Counted from the stretch's first letter, positions 1 to 9,234 are shown. The stretch: 37,077 bases of DNA from a virus (IMGVR_UViG_3300044477_000180:1-37077); one strand, 5' to 3'. The notes: a model not told the origin generated them from the sequence alone. Numbers and translations are program-made.

Positions 1-127
1 ATTAGCAAATTAACAACAAAATACAATATAACACAAAAAGATTTTGACGATGTTGCTAATAATGGTCAAAGTACTTATGGCACAACAACTACATCTAGTA
101 ATAAAAGTCCAGTAGCTAAATATCTAT
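1..127. repeat. 127-bp exact terminal direct repeat, copy 1 (copy 2 at 36951-37077); circular assembly overlap
   Basis: First 127 nt are identical to the last 127 nt. The repeat lies mid-ORF and 127 is a common assembler k-mer length. Confidence 0.95.
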
Positions 128-135
128 ACAAATAA
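1..135 (+). CDS. C-terminal end of the ejection/internal virion protein starting at 35247 (wraps the junction)
   Basis: Frame 1 reads ISKLTTKYN...VAKYLYK* (TAA 133-135), in frame with ATG 35247 across the overlap. Confidence 0.9.
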   Translation: MSKLTTKYNITQKDFDDVANNGQSTYGTTTTSSNKSPVAKYLYK

Positions 136-150
136 GAAGGAGTGATATAA

Positions 151-3100
151 ATGGATTTTGGAAAATACAAAAGTTCTTCTAGTGCTTGGAATAAGTCAGA
201 TGAAGATAGAAAAAAAGAAGAAGAACAACGAGTTAAAGCCGAAAAAGTTCAAGCCATGTTCAATAACATGGCAACTCCTTCTACTGCTCCTATACAAAAA
301 AATAACCTTATCGAATTAAATCAACCTTTATCAAGTAATCTGGTTGATACCTATAATTTAGTACCTAAACTCGAAAATCAACCTTTTAAAAGCACATTGA
401 CAAATAACATAAATCCATTAACTCCACTAAACCCAATTAAAAAAGATGCAAATTTACTCAAAAAACCCGACTTTGTACAGCCAATGACTCCCAAAACTTT
501 TGCAACAGAAAAAGTTATTCCCAAAATAAATACAGCTATAAGCGTAGCTTCGGACATATTAGATAGACCAAGAAACGCACTTGCAGCAGCGCAAGAAGCA
601 GAAACAACAGCAAGAACTAGCACTAATTTTTTACCAAAACAAACAGGTGGAGAAGCACTTATACAAGGACTTTTGGGGAAAAAGAAAACTAGCTTTATCC
701 AAGCTGGATTAGGTAATAAATTAGCTGCAAACTTTGAACAAACAAGTCCTATTATTGCAGGTGTAGGAAATTTTATAGGCGAAGCATTAACGGATCCTAC
801 AAACATACTTGGAACCGAAGCACTGGGAGCAATAGCAAAAGGAACTAAAATAGGAAATAAGGCAATGAACTTAATTCCTTCTATTGCAAAGAAAACGAGT
901 GAAGAAGCTGCATTAAATGCAACAAAACAGTTAGGGAATAAGATAGTTACAAGAGAAAATAATATTACAAACTATCTTAAGAATCTTGAAGCTGAAAAGT
1001 CTTTATTTGATATGGGAAAAAACTATCTTAATACTACAGACAAGAGTAATTTTGTAAAGTCTGACTTAAGAAATGTTCCATATTCTAAAACATTACAAAA
1101 CTTAAAGCAAGAACTGGATCCTAATGTTATAAAATCTAACTTACAAAATGTTAATGATACAGCAACTAAGCCACTTACAAGGCAAGAATTTAACACGAAA
1201 TATAAGTTAGACAATAACTTAGTAGGATTAACTCCAGAACAATCCAATTCCTTAGCAAGAGAAAGTGTAAACAAATTACAACAAGACATTGGAACAAGGG
1301 TTATAAATCGACTTGGTACTACAGATATGCAACAAATTGCAGACTTTTATAAGCAAAAATATAACCTTCCTAATATAACTGTTGTGGAAGGCAAAGTTAA
1401 GGGTAATCTTAGTACAAGTGCTATTAGCCCAAATAGGGATCTATCTGGATATACGATAACTATAGATCCAAACAAACTATCTACATTAGAACATAAAGTT
1501 GGCGTTTTAAGGCATGAAATAGAACATAGTATAGATTTAGCAAGCAATTATAAACCTGATGTAGTTAGTAGAAAAGGCGTAATACCTAGTACAGTAGATC
1601 AATTATATACTCAGGGAAGTAAAGGACATCACAAGAATTATGATTGGTTTGAGGCTGATTATTTGTATAATAGGACTAATCAAGATTTAGGGCTAGATAA
1701 TACTATTCCTAGTAATCAAATGCCAACACAAAATATTCAAACTCCAGGTCAACCACCTATTTTAGAAACTGCTAAAACATTACCACAGAAACAGTTACAA
1801 CAAAGTTTACCTATATCAAATAGTGACAAATTAGCTTTGGGAAATACTCCACAAGTAAATGCAACTCCAAATAATTTGCAAGTTGCTACAAAAATAGAGT
1901 CGAGCATACCAAGCAAAGAAGTTATTCCATTTGATCAAGGAAAAAACTTAAATCCTCAACAAAGCATTGGTAATGTTGACATAAAAAAAGAAGCTAATAA
2001 TACAATAAAAGCTATTGATGATACTTTTAGCTTAAATCCTAAAAAGACAAATATTGAACCAGTTCTAAAAGAAAGAGGATTTTCCAAAAATGTTCGAAGC
2101 GATGCTAATATGCATGCAGATATTAGAGAAAGTTTTGACGAAAATCCATTAATGAAAGATACTTTGACGAATAAAACTACAGTGGAAAAAGCTCAACAAC
2201 GCTATAATAAGGGTTTTGATATTGCCCTGAAGGAGTTAGAAAATAGTTCAAAAACTTTAGATTCTAGCGATGTTCCCCTTGCTAGAATGTTAGCCAACGA
2301 TGCTGCAAATAGAGGAGATATTGACACAGCAAGAGCAATAATTTCTAATATTGCAGAAAAGTTGACGGAGACAGGTAGGTTTAGTCAAGCTGCTAGAATT
2401 CTTAGAAAGTCAGATCCTATCGTGTTCGAAAATTATATTACAAAAAACATCGATAAGCTAAATAAAGAAGGACAAAAAGTCTATGGTACAAAGTGGAAGG
2501 ATTTACAACTTAGTAGTGATATAGTTGACGAAATTTATAACATGAAATATCTTGATGAAGCTGCTAGAGAAAAAGTTATGAATAGTGTTCACGATAGATT
2601 AGCGCAAGAAATTCCAGTAACTAAGCTAGAAAAATTTAATACTTGGCGCAGAATGGCAATGTTGCTTAATCCTACTACTCATGTTAGAAATGTAGTTGGT
2701 AATGCTTTAGTTGTACCCCTTCGAAAGTCTAGTGATACAATGGCAGCAGTTTTGGAAAAGGCTTTCGTGAAAAATGGCGAAAAAACAAAAGGGTTTGGAT
2801 GGTCATTTAATAAAGATATAAAGAAATTAGTGAATGATGATTGGGATAATGTTGCAAAAGCTGATTTGACAACTAATAGCAAATATAAATCAGAAACTTT
2901 GGGAAGCTTAGAAGCTAATAAACCTATTTTTAAGAACAAACAACTTGAAGGATTAAACAAACTATCTAATTTTCTACTAGATGCTGGAGATACTCCATTC
3001 GTAAAACGTGCGTACGAAGATGCTTTGGGTGGATATTTGCAGGCAAATAAATTAAATAATGTAACCGATGCTGCTAGGGAATACGCAAAAAGAAGAGCAT

Positions 3101-4323
3101 TAGAAGCAACGTACAAACAATCAAACTTATTTAGTACTTTTATGGCAAATGCTAAGGGTAGTAGTAAATTTGCAAATGTGGCACTAGAGGCATTAATGCC
3201 ATTTTCTAAAACTCCATCGAATATTTTGATACAATCAGTGGATTATAGTCCATTGGGGCTAATTAAGGCAGCAGCACAAGCAGGAGGAAAAAAAAGTGCT
3301 AGTACTATAATAGAAACATTAGCAAAAAGCGTTGTAGGTAGTAGTGTCGCAGGATTAGGATTTTTTCTGGGAAGCATGGGATTTGGTCGTGGAGCTGGAA
3401 ACGAAAATTTAAAAGTAGAAAACTTGAAGAAAGAATCTGGAAGTCAGGAATATAGCATAAATACTCCATTTGGAAGTTATACCTTTGATTGGGCACAGCC
3501 TTTTAGTGTACCTTTAGCAATGGGAATGGAAGCTTCAAGCAGCTTGAAAGATAATACAAATGCTTTAAATTCCGTATACAAAGGGCTTGCCAGCGGTGGA
3601 GATACATTATTTAACATGTCGATGTTAAAATCGATAAAAGATACCTTTGGAGGTCAAGGAAGTACATCGGAAAAACTTCTAAAAGCTCCAATTAACTATA
3701 TGGTCCAAGCTTATCCTAGTATGTTCGGTAAAATTTCTAAAATTGCTGATGATGAAGTAAGAAATACTATGGGAAAAACACAACTAGATACTACTATAAA
3801 TCAACTTAAATCTAAAATTCCAATTGTGAGCGAAAATTTACCAGCTAAATATGATATGTTTGGAAATAAAGAAATAACTGGTAATGTTGCTGAAAGAAGT
3901 TTACAGAATATTTTAAGTCCTGGCTTTGCAAAATCTTACAATAATGATAAAATAGTAAGAGAGCTGCAGGTCTTAAATAAAAAAACTGGTGACTCTAGTA
4001 TGATCCCAAAGATACTTACACAAACAGACGCAAAAGAATTGGGCATGGATGCAAAGCAAATGTCTCAATTCCAAAAGATAATGGGACAAACTGCGAAAAA
4101 AGAAATGGATTATATTATTAGTACAGCTGCTTATCAAAAAGCTTCAGACGCTGCAAAAGTTAGTAAGCTTGCAAGTATTGTAAAGGATAGTTATGATACT
4201 GCATTAGAGGACTATACAGGAGAAACTAAAGTTAAAACAAAGGAGCAAAAAGCAGCTGCAAAAGTAAAATCAAAAGAGGTCGAAAGTATGACTAAGGAGT
4301 TAAAAGTTTTTCGAAAAAAATAA
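151..4323 (+). CDS. Large internal virion/DNA-ejection protein, polyvalent-protein-like, with HExxH zincin-like motif
   Basis: 1390 aa, RBS AAGGAG, last gene of the structural module before lysis. HEIEH at 1513-1527. C-terminal half is helical and Ala/Gly/Ser-rich. Confidence 0.7.
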   Translation: MDFGKYKSSSSAWNKSDEDRKKEEEQRVKAEKVQAMFNNMATPSTAPIQKNNLIELNQPLSSNLVDTYNLVPKLENQPFKSTLTNNINPLTPLNPIKKDANLLKKPDFVQPMTPKTFATEKVIPKINTAISVASDILDRPRNALAAAQEAETTARTSTNFLPKQTGGEALIQGLLGKKKTSFIQAGLGNKLAANFEQTSPIIAGVGNFIGEALTDPTNILGTEALGAIAKGTKIGNKAMNLIPSIAKKTSEEAALNATKQLGNKIVTRENNITNYLKNLEAEKSLFDMGKNYLNTTDKSNFVKSDLRNVPYSKTLQNLKQELDPNVIKSNLQNVNDTATKPLTRQEFNTKYKLDNNLVGLTPEQSNSLARESVNKLQQDIGTRVINRLGTTDMQQIADFYKQKYNLPNITVVEGKVKGNLSTSAISPNRDLSGYTITIDPNKLSTLEHKVGVLRHEIEHSIDLASNYKPDVVSRKGVIPSTVDQLYTQGSKGHHKNYDWFEADYLYNRTNQDLGLDNTIPSNQMPTQNIQTPGQPPILETAKTLPQKQLQQSLPISNSDKLALGNTPQVNATPNNLQVATKIESSIPSKEVIPFDQGKNLNPQQSIGNVDIKKEANNTIKAIDDTFSLNPKKTNIEPVLKERGFSKNVRSDANMHADIRESFDENPLMKDTLTNKTTVEKAQQRYNKGFDIALKELENSSKTLDSSDVPLARMLANDAANRGDIDTARAIISNIAEKLTETGRFSQAARILRKSDPIVFENYITKNIDKLNKEGQKVYGTKWKDLQLSSDIVDEIYNMKYLDEAAREKVMNSVHDRLAQEIPVTKLEKFNTWRRMAMLLNPTTHVRNVVGNALVVPLRKSSDTMAAVLEKAFVKNGEKTKGFGWSFNKDIKKLVNDDWDNVAKADLTTNSKYKSETLGSLEANKPIFKNKQLEGLNKLSNFLLDAGDTPFVKRAYEDALGGYLQANKLNNVTDAAREYAKRRALEATYKQSNLFSTFMANAKGSSKFANVALEALMPFSKTPSNILIQSVDYSPLGLIKAAAQAGGKKSASTIIETLAKSVVGSSVAGLGFFLGSMGFGRGAGNENLKVENLKKESGSQEYSINTPFGSYTFDWAQPFSVPLAMGMEASSSLKDNTNALNSVYKGLASGGDTLFNMSMLKSIKDTFGGQGSTSEKLLKAPINYMVQAYPSMFGKISKIADDEVRNTMGKTQLDTTINQLKSKIPIVSENLPAKYDMFGNKEITGNVAERSLQNILSPGFAKSYNNDKIVRELQVLNKKTGDSSMIPKILTQTDAKELGMDAKQMSQFQKIMGQTAKKEMDYIISTAAYQKASDAAKVSKLASIVKDSYDTALEDYTGETKVKTKEQKAAAKVKSKEVESMTKELKVFRKK

Positions 4324-4343
4324 TAAAAAAGTCGAGGTTTAAC

Positions 4344-4616
4344 ATGGAAGGATTAATGGAAGAAGCAGTAAAGACGGGTAACTTGTGGATTATCTTGTTC
4401 GTAGCATTATTAGTATATTTTGTTAAAGACTCGAAAATTCGAGAGACTAAATATCAGGAAACGATACAAAAAAACCAAGAAATAATCCAAAACTGTTCAG
4501 TTAATTGTGAAATAAACAAGGAAATTAAGACAGAAATAAGCGAAATTAAAAAAGATACTGAAGAAATTAAAAGTAATATTTTAACATTTAGAATGACTAA
4601 GGGAGGAAAGATTTAA
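4344..4616 (+). CDS. Holin-like protein (BhlA/UviB-like)
   Basis: One TM segment (LWIILFVALLVYFVK) followed by DSKIRETKYQ and a coiled coil. Directly upstream of the endolysin. Confidence 0.8.
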   Translation: MEGLMEEAVKTGNLWIILFVALLVYFVKDSKIRETKYQETIQKNQEIIQNCSVNCEINKEIKTEISEIKKDTEEIKSNILTFRMTKGGKI

Positions 4617-5428
4617 TGGGAAGAATACCTATTTTTATAAGTCCTTCGGCTCAAGAGGAAAATTCATGTAAATATGGTGATAATGAAAGAGATCATTGTC
4701 GATTAATTGGAATTGAACTATTAACTATACTTAATAGGGATAATCGCTTTGTTGGTGGGTTATGTTCTATTTTAACTGGATCTACTAATACAAAATTAAA
4801 TCTAGCAGTACAAAAAAGTGATGAGTTTATGACTGCAAATGGTGGAAATATCGACGGACAATCTTCTTATCACGTTTGTATACATACTAATGCTGGTGGT
4901 GGATCTGGATGTGCTGGGTTTTATAGTGGAAGTGGAAAAGGTTATCGTGCTACAAAAGCAGTACTTGCTAGACTTAATGATATAAGCCCTTGGAATCAAA
5001 ATGACTTTAGGGAATGGGCTGGATTGTTTGAAATGAGGACAATTGCAAGTACTGTTTATCTTGAAGTAAATTTTCATGATAACTTAGATCAGGCTAAGTG
5101 GATACATAACAATGTAAAAATAATTGCAGCACAAATCTACAAAGGTCTATGTGACGCTGAAAGTATTAGTTATCTAGAATCTGCTATTGCTCCACTAGTT
5201 GATACTAACTTATGGAAAAAAGAAGCTATACAAGAAGTAATAAAACTTGAATTACTTACAGATAATTCTTGGATAAGCAAAATTGATGAACCTATTCCAG
5301 TTTTTGCAGTTTCTCTAATGTTAACAAGGTTAAAAGCACTTATAGATAATAGTATAGACAAAATTATATCGGATAAAATAAATAGCATACTGCAGGAAGA
5401 AAGTATTAAAATTTTAAAGAAAAAGTAA
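4616..5428 (+). CDS. Endolysin, N-acetylmuramoyl-L-alanine amidase (Amidase_3-like)
   Basis: Motifs IFISPSAQEEN, HVCIHTNA and YLEVNFHDN. Coupled to the holin via TAATG. Confidence 0.85.
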   Translation: MGRIPIFISPSAQEENSCKYGDNERDHCRLIGIELLTILNRDNRFVGGLCSILTGSTNTKLNLAVQKSDEFMTANGGNIDGQSSYHVCIHTNAGGGSGCAGFYSGSGKGYRATKAVLARLNDISPWNQNDFREWAGLFEMRTIASTVYLEVNFHDNLDQAKWIHNNVKIIAAQIYKGLCDAESISYLESAIAPLVDTNLWKKEAIQEVIKLELLTDNSWISKIDEPIPVFAVSLMLTRLKALIDNSIDKIISDKINSILQEESIKILKKK

Positions 5429-5608
5429 TTGTAAAATTTGACATGTTGTGATAGTATTAAAACTGTGATAAAAAAATGTCTTGGTTTCTAGGAAATATTT
5501 TTATTTTGTTATTTGTACTTTTAGAATGGGAATTAGATGTAGTCAAGATTTTTCATTTGTAATTTTTTTCCGACGGTATTAGATAGTATGTAGCAATATC
5601 AAAGCAAG

Positions 5609-5644
5609 AAAAAATAACTAGGTAGTTATACTAGTTATTTTTTT
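5609..5644 (+). terminator. Intrinsic terminator after the lysis module (possibly bidirectional)
   Basis: AAAATAACTAG/CTAGTTATTTT stem with flanking A and T tracts. Confidence 0.75.
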
Positions 5645-5660
5645 ATGTGCTTTTTTATTT

Positions 5661-5735
5661 ATTCCTTGATCAAATAGATACTATTTTTAGTCATGCAATA
5701 AAAATAAAAAGTGTTTCTATCTGATTAAGGTAAAA
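5661..5735. repeat. Dispersed inverted-repeat element, copy A
   Basis: TTCCTTGATCAAATAGATAC ... TTTCTATCTGATTAAGGTAAA, with the same arms as at 11551 and 24994. Confidence 0.9.
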
Positions 5736-5796
5736 ACAATAATATTTCAACAAAACATTTCTAAATAATATGTATATAACTACAATTCACGTTCTA

Positions 5797-5855
5797 AAAA
5801 TGTAAAAATGGTACTATGATTTTTACATTTTACATGTTATAATTAATTTGTCGAA
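5797..5855 (+). promoter_or_regulatory. Extended -10 promoter (TGTTATAAT, 5835-5843) with an upstream inverted repeat and a downstream Spo0A-box-like TGTCGAA (5849-5855)
   Basis: AAAATGTAAAAAT/ATTTTTACATTTT inverted repeat, TG-n-TATAAT, and RBS AAGGAG before 5886. Confidence 0.6.
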
Positions 5856-5885
5856 AAAAATAATAAATTAAAAGGAGATGTTATT

Positions 5886-6095
5886 ATGAAGTTTTCTGGA
5901 AGAGTTGAGGCTGAATTAATGAAAGTTAGTGAGGGTAAGAAGTACATTACAGAAGAAACAATGAATAAAATAAGAAAGATTAAGGGAATTTTTATTTCCT
6001 ACTTAGGTTATTCAAAGCTAGAAAATTGCAATAGATATATGCTTTATAATAATGAAAAAGATGTTGAATTGTGGGAGGTATTTGAAAAATGTTAA
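5886..6095 (+). CDS. Hypothetical early protein
   Basis: 69-aa ORF with strong RBS. Confidence 0.75.
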   Translation: MKFSGRVEAELMKVSEGKKYITEETMNKIRKIKGIFISYLGYSKLENCNRYMLYNNEKDVELWEVFEKC

Positions 6096-6403
6096 ATATA
6101 AATATTATCAAATTATTAGTAGTAGGTTGTATTATTTTATTACCATTTTCGATTTTTGCGAGTTGCGAGGCTAATAATATAGACCAAAAAGAAAAGCAAC
6201 AAGAATTTATAACGCAGAATAAAAACGATATTCAGTCGATAGAAACAAGAATTGAAGAAATTAATAAAAATATTGATAAACTTAGACAACTAAAAAATTC
6301 AAAAGAAATAAATTCAAAAATTGAAGGTTTTGAAAATGAAATATTAGCTCAAGAAGAGTTAAAACAAAATATTTTAGTAAAAATAAGTAGTCAAAATAAA
6401 TAA
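6089..6403 (+). CDS. Putative lipoprotein or membrane-anchored coiled-coil protein
   Basis: N-terminal hydrophobic helix ending in lipobox-like FASC, then heptad-rich K/E/Q/N sequence. RBS GGAGG. Confidence 0.65.
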   Translation: MLNINIIKLLVVGCIILLPFSIFASCEANNIDQKEKQQEFITQNKNDIQSIETRIEEINKNIDKLRQLKNSKEINSKIEGFENEILAQEELKQNILVKISSQNK

Positions 6404-6423
6404 TTAATACATATAAATATTAC

Positions 6424-6454
6424 AAAAGAGCTAACTTATTATAGTTAGCTTTTT
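6424..6454 (+). terminator. Intrinsic terminator
   Basis: AGCTAACT/AGTTAGCT stem followed by a T tract. Confidence 0.65.
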
Positions 6455-6472
6455 AAATTTAAGGAGATAGAA

Positions 6473-6913
6473 ATGATTAGTAATCAGGAGCTAAAGGAAA
6501 TTTTAGAAGATATAGAAAATGATAGGGATTATTTATTGGCTTGTGTTTTAAGTTATACAAGATTTGAGTTGAAAGAAATTAGATACTGGACAAAAAGGGA
6601 TTACATCGAAAAAACAAAGGATCCATTTACAGCTCCAGGAATGAGAAATAAAAGAGCTGTACAGTTTGTAAATACAAAAGATATGAATTGCTTGCTTTTC
6701 GAAAGTGGTAAGCAAGGAAGTTTATCAAAAACACAAATTTATAGAATATTTTATAATTTTGGAATAACCACTAAACAATTAAGAAAGTATTATTTTCATT
6801 CTTACATAACACAACACAAAGTGAATGTTTTTAGCTTGGAAGTTTTGGCAAAATTATGTAATAAAACACTTTTTGAAATGTTTAGATTTGCTGAAATAGC
6901 AGTAGAAAAATAA
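6473..6913 (+). CDS. Degenerate tyrosine-recombinase (integrase catalytic core)-like protein, probably catalytically inactive
   Basis: RDYLL..LSYTRFELKEI (box I-like, Arg lost), LLFESGKQGSLSKTQIYRI, KQLRKYYF (HxLR lacking His). Ends before the box carrying the catalytic Tyr. Confidence 0.6.
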   Translation: MISNQELKEILEDIENDRDYLLACVLSYTRFELKEIRYWTKRDYIEKTKDPFTAPGMRNKRAVQFVNTKDMNCLLFESGKQGSLSKTQIYRIFYNFGITTKQLRKYYFHSYITQHKVNVFSLEVLAKLCNKTLFEMFRFAEIAVEK

Positions 6914-6915
6914 AC

Positions 6916-7014
6916 AAAAAAAAATAGTGGCAAACTATCTGCCACTTAAATTCAAATGCTGTACTAATCGTTTTCACTTAAAACAATAGTACAGCTAAAA
7001 GATAGTAAAATCAA
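6916..7014 (-). ncRNA. Candidate antisense small RNA (~65 nt) with its own promoter and terminator
   Basis: Minus-strand TTGATT(7014-7009)-N17-TACTAT(6991-6986). Hairpin AGTGGCA/TGCCACT followed by a T tract on the minus strand. Confidence 0.55.
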
Positions 7015-7049
7015 GTACTTTGAAAAAATAAATAAAGGAGATATTAATA

Positions 7050-8486
7050 ATGAAAAATAATAAAGATTATATTCTTGATTTTCTATTTTATGGCGGTATG
7101 TTAGTCTCAATGATTTTTACAATTTTACTTTTTATTACAATAGGAAGTAATGCGATAGAAAAGGCTGCTTGGGTATTGGCAGCAATATTAATGGATCTTG
7201 GAAAGGGTGAAAGTGGCTCTAGAGGTATTGCAATGCTACTAGATTACAATACTTGGAAAACTAGTAGAGGTAAAAAATACTTATTGATTATATTGGCATT
7301 ATTTTGTTTTTCAACAATCGTATATTTTGGACTTGCTTATATAAGTTTAAAGGCAAGCGAGGGCGCGCAAATAAATGGAGTACAGGCATTACAAAAGAAA
7401 AATTACGAGAAGAGTACAGGGAAATCCACTCGTGATGAATTAATAAAAGAATGTGATGATAAAGATGCTATATATCAAGAATCTCTCAAAACCGCACAAT
7501 TAACACTTAACAAGCTAATTGAAAACAATGGAATCGCAAATAATCAAAACGCTGGAAGCGATGCTGAAATAAACAAAAGAATTGAAGATAATAACAAAAT
7601 TATTACAGATGCTAACAATGAGAGAAAGCAAGCACTCATAAATAATCCAAAGTTGAAAGACGAAGGAACATTACTTAGTGGAATATCTAAAAAGATAGCC
7701 AATGCTAATGCCCAAATAAAAAGCGATAAAGAACTACTAGGAAAAGGATCAGCAAAATTGAGTGATACGACGCTGGCAGAAAAATCAGTATCAGATGTAA
7801 AAGCTGATATTGAAAAAAATGACAATTATAAAAAGGGTTTGCTAGATGGAACAATACAAATAACTACAGAAGGAACTAAATCTGATATTAAAACAGCTCA
7901 AGAAGTACAGTTTAAAACGGAAAAAGAAAGAAATAACTTTTATTTTTTTGTAGCATTAATGCTAGAAGTTTTGGTAGTTTGGGCAGGAATGTCCAGAAGA
8001 CTAAGAAGAAATAAAAGAGATAAAGAACCTATTTTTAACAAAATAAATGAAGAAAAGGACAATGAAAAAATAAATAAATTTGATCAAAAAAAAGAAGTGG
8101 AGAATAAAGAAATGATTGATTTAGGTAAGCTGTTCAAAAAGGAAGCTAAGAAAGTAGATGTTGAAGAGAAAAAAGAAATCAAACCAAAAGAATATAAAAT
8201 ACCATATTCTAGTTTAAGAGAAGAAACTTTAAGCCCAAAATTGGAAATTAAACAGGAAGAAAATAAAGAAGAAAAACAAGAATTTAAGAACAATGATTTA
8301 GATGAACTAGAAAAAAAAGCGATTGAATTTTCAGAAAATGGCAAACTTCTTTCTCATGTAAGATTAGCAGAAAAGTTAAACATTTCAAGAACACAGGTCA
8401 TAAAACTTTACTACAAAATGGAACAAACAGGTAAAGCTGAGACAAGATTTATTGGAGATAAGCCAATCGGAACTTGGTTAATTTAG
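7050..8486 (+). CDS. Multi-pass membrane protein with long coiled coil and C-terminal winged HTH
   Basis: About 3 N-terminal hydrophobic segments, ~200-aa coiled coil, a TM segment (FYFFVALMLEVLVVWAG) followed by RRLRRNKR, and C-terminal LSHVRLAEKLNISRTQVIKLYYKMEQTG. Confidence 0.75.
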   Translation: MKNNKDYILDFLFYGGMLVSMIFTILLFITIGSNAIEKAAWVLAAILMDLGKGESGSRGIAMLLDYNTWKTSRGKKYLLIILALFCFSTIVYFGLAYISLKASEGAQINGVQALQKKNYEKSTGKSTRDELIKECDDKDAIYQESLKTAQLTLNKLIENNGIANNQNAGSDAEINKRIEDNNKIITDANNERKQALINNPKLKDEGTLLSGISKKIANANAQIKSDKELLGKGSAKLSDTTLAEKSVSDVKADIEKNDNYKKGLLDGTIQITTEGTKSDIKTAQEVQFKTEKERNNFYFFVALMLEVLVVWAGMSRRLRRNKRDKEPIFNKINEEKDNEKINKFDQKKEVENKEMIDLGKLFKKEAKKVDVEEKKEIKPKEYKIPYSSLREETLSPKLEIKQEENKEEKQEFKNNDLDELEKKAIEFSENGKLLSHVRLAEKLNISRTQVIKLYYKMEQTGKAETRFIGDKPIGTWLI

Positions 8487-8491
8487 TTAAA

Positions 8492-8519
8492 ATATGGGGA
8501 TTCACTCCCCTATTTTTTT
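8492..8519 (+). terminator. Intrinsic terminator
   Basis: GGGGA/TCCCC stem followed by TATTTTTTT. Confidence 0.7.
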
Positions 8520-8701
8520 ATACTTTTTCAAAAATGAAAAACAATGAGCGTATACGTTGTTGTACGTTGATGTAAGAATGTTGTACATAAATCGCTTAAA
8601 TCGACTTTTGTAATATTTGTAAATGTCGTTAAGTAATACAATTGTAATAACAAAAAATAACAAAATAAATAATGAATTAAATTACAAGGAGATGTTTTTT
8701 T

Positions 8702-9181
8702 ATGGAAATAACACAAGAATTTTTAAACAAATTATCAAGTGAAGTTAATGTTATTGGATGGAATAGTGTTTTACAATTTTATCAAATTAAAAGCAAAGAT
8801 AAATATGAAACTGTAAAGTATATTAAGACAATGTTAGATAGCAATAAGAATGTAAAAATTGGATATAATCCTACTAAAACAAATAAGAAAATTACCAATA
8901 CAAAAATTGTAAATCAGACAAAAAAGAGTATTCCTTTATCAAAAAAAGAAGAAAAGAAACTTAACGCAAAAAAGTCGACTGTCAAAACTTCTAAAGGATC
9001 CTTCTTAGCTTCTCCACGAAAAAATAAAAAATATACATATAAGAAGAAAATCGATATCAAAAAAACTACAGGTATTAAATATTATATAGAAAGATTCTTA
9101 CTATTTTGCTTCTCTTGTTTCTGTATTTACGAAATATTCCTATTTTTAAAATTTTGCCAAAATAATATAGTTATAAAATAA
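8702..9181 (+). CDS. Lys-rich protein with C-terminal membrane anchor
   Basis: RBS AAGGAG, basic middle region, C-terminal FLLFCFSCFCIYEIFLFL. Confidence 0.7.
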   Translation: MEITQEFLNKLSSEVNVIGWNSVLQFYQIKSKDKYETVKYIKTMLDSNKNVKIGYNPTKTNKKITNTKIVNQTKKSIPLSKKEEKKLNAKKSTVKTSKGSFLASPRKNKKYTYKKKIDIKKTTGIKYYIERFLLFCFSCFCIYEIFLFLKFCQNNIVIK

Positions 9182-9182
9182 A

Positions 9183-9234
9183 TCTGCTTTTAGCAGAAAA
9201 TTCTGTTGACAGCAGAATTTTCTTATGAGATAAT
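9183..9234 (+). promoter_or_regulatory. SigmaA promoter TTGACA(9206)-N17-GATAAT(9229) overlapped by two TCTG-N7-CAGA operator-like palindromes
   Basis: TCTGCTTTTAGCAGA at 9183-9197 and TCTGTTGACAGCAGA at 9202-9216. TG extension present. Confidence 0.8.

Noticed and set aside
1-127. Biological direct terminal repeat
   Set aside because: Length matches a common assembler k-mer and it lies mid-ORF; most likely a circularisation overlap.
6473-6913. Functional integrase or integrated prophage
   Set aside because: Catalytic residues are missing; no host flanks or att site recognised.
6926-7026. Pistol ribozyme
   Set aside because: P1 plus UUAAAU and a pseudoknot are reminiscent, but the conserved GCGU, P3 and cleavage arrangement is not identifiable.
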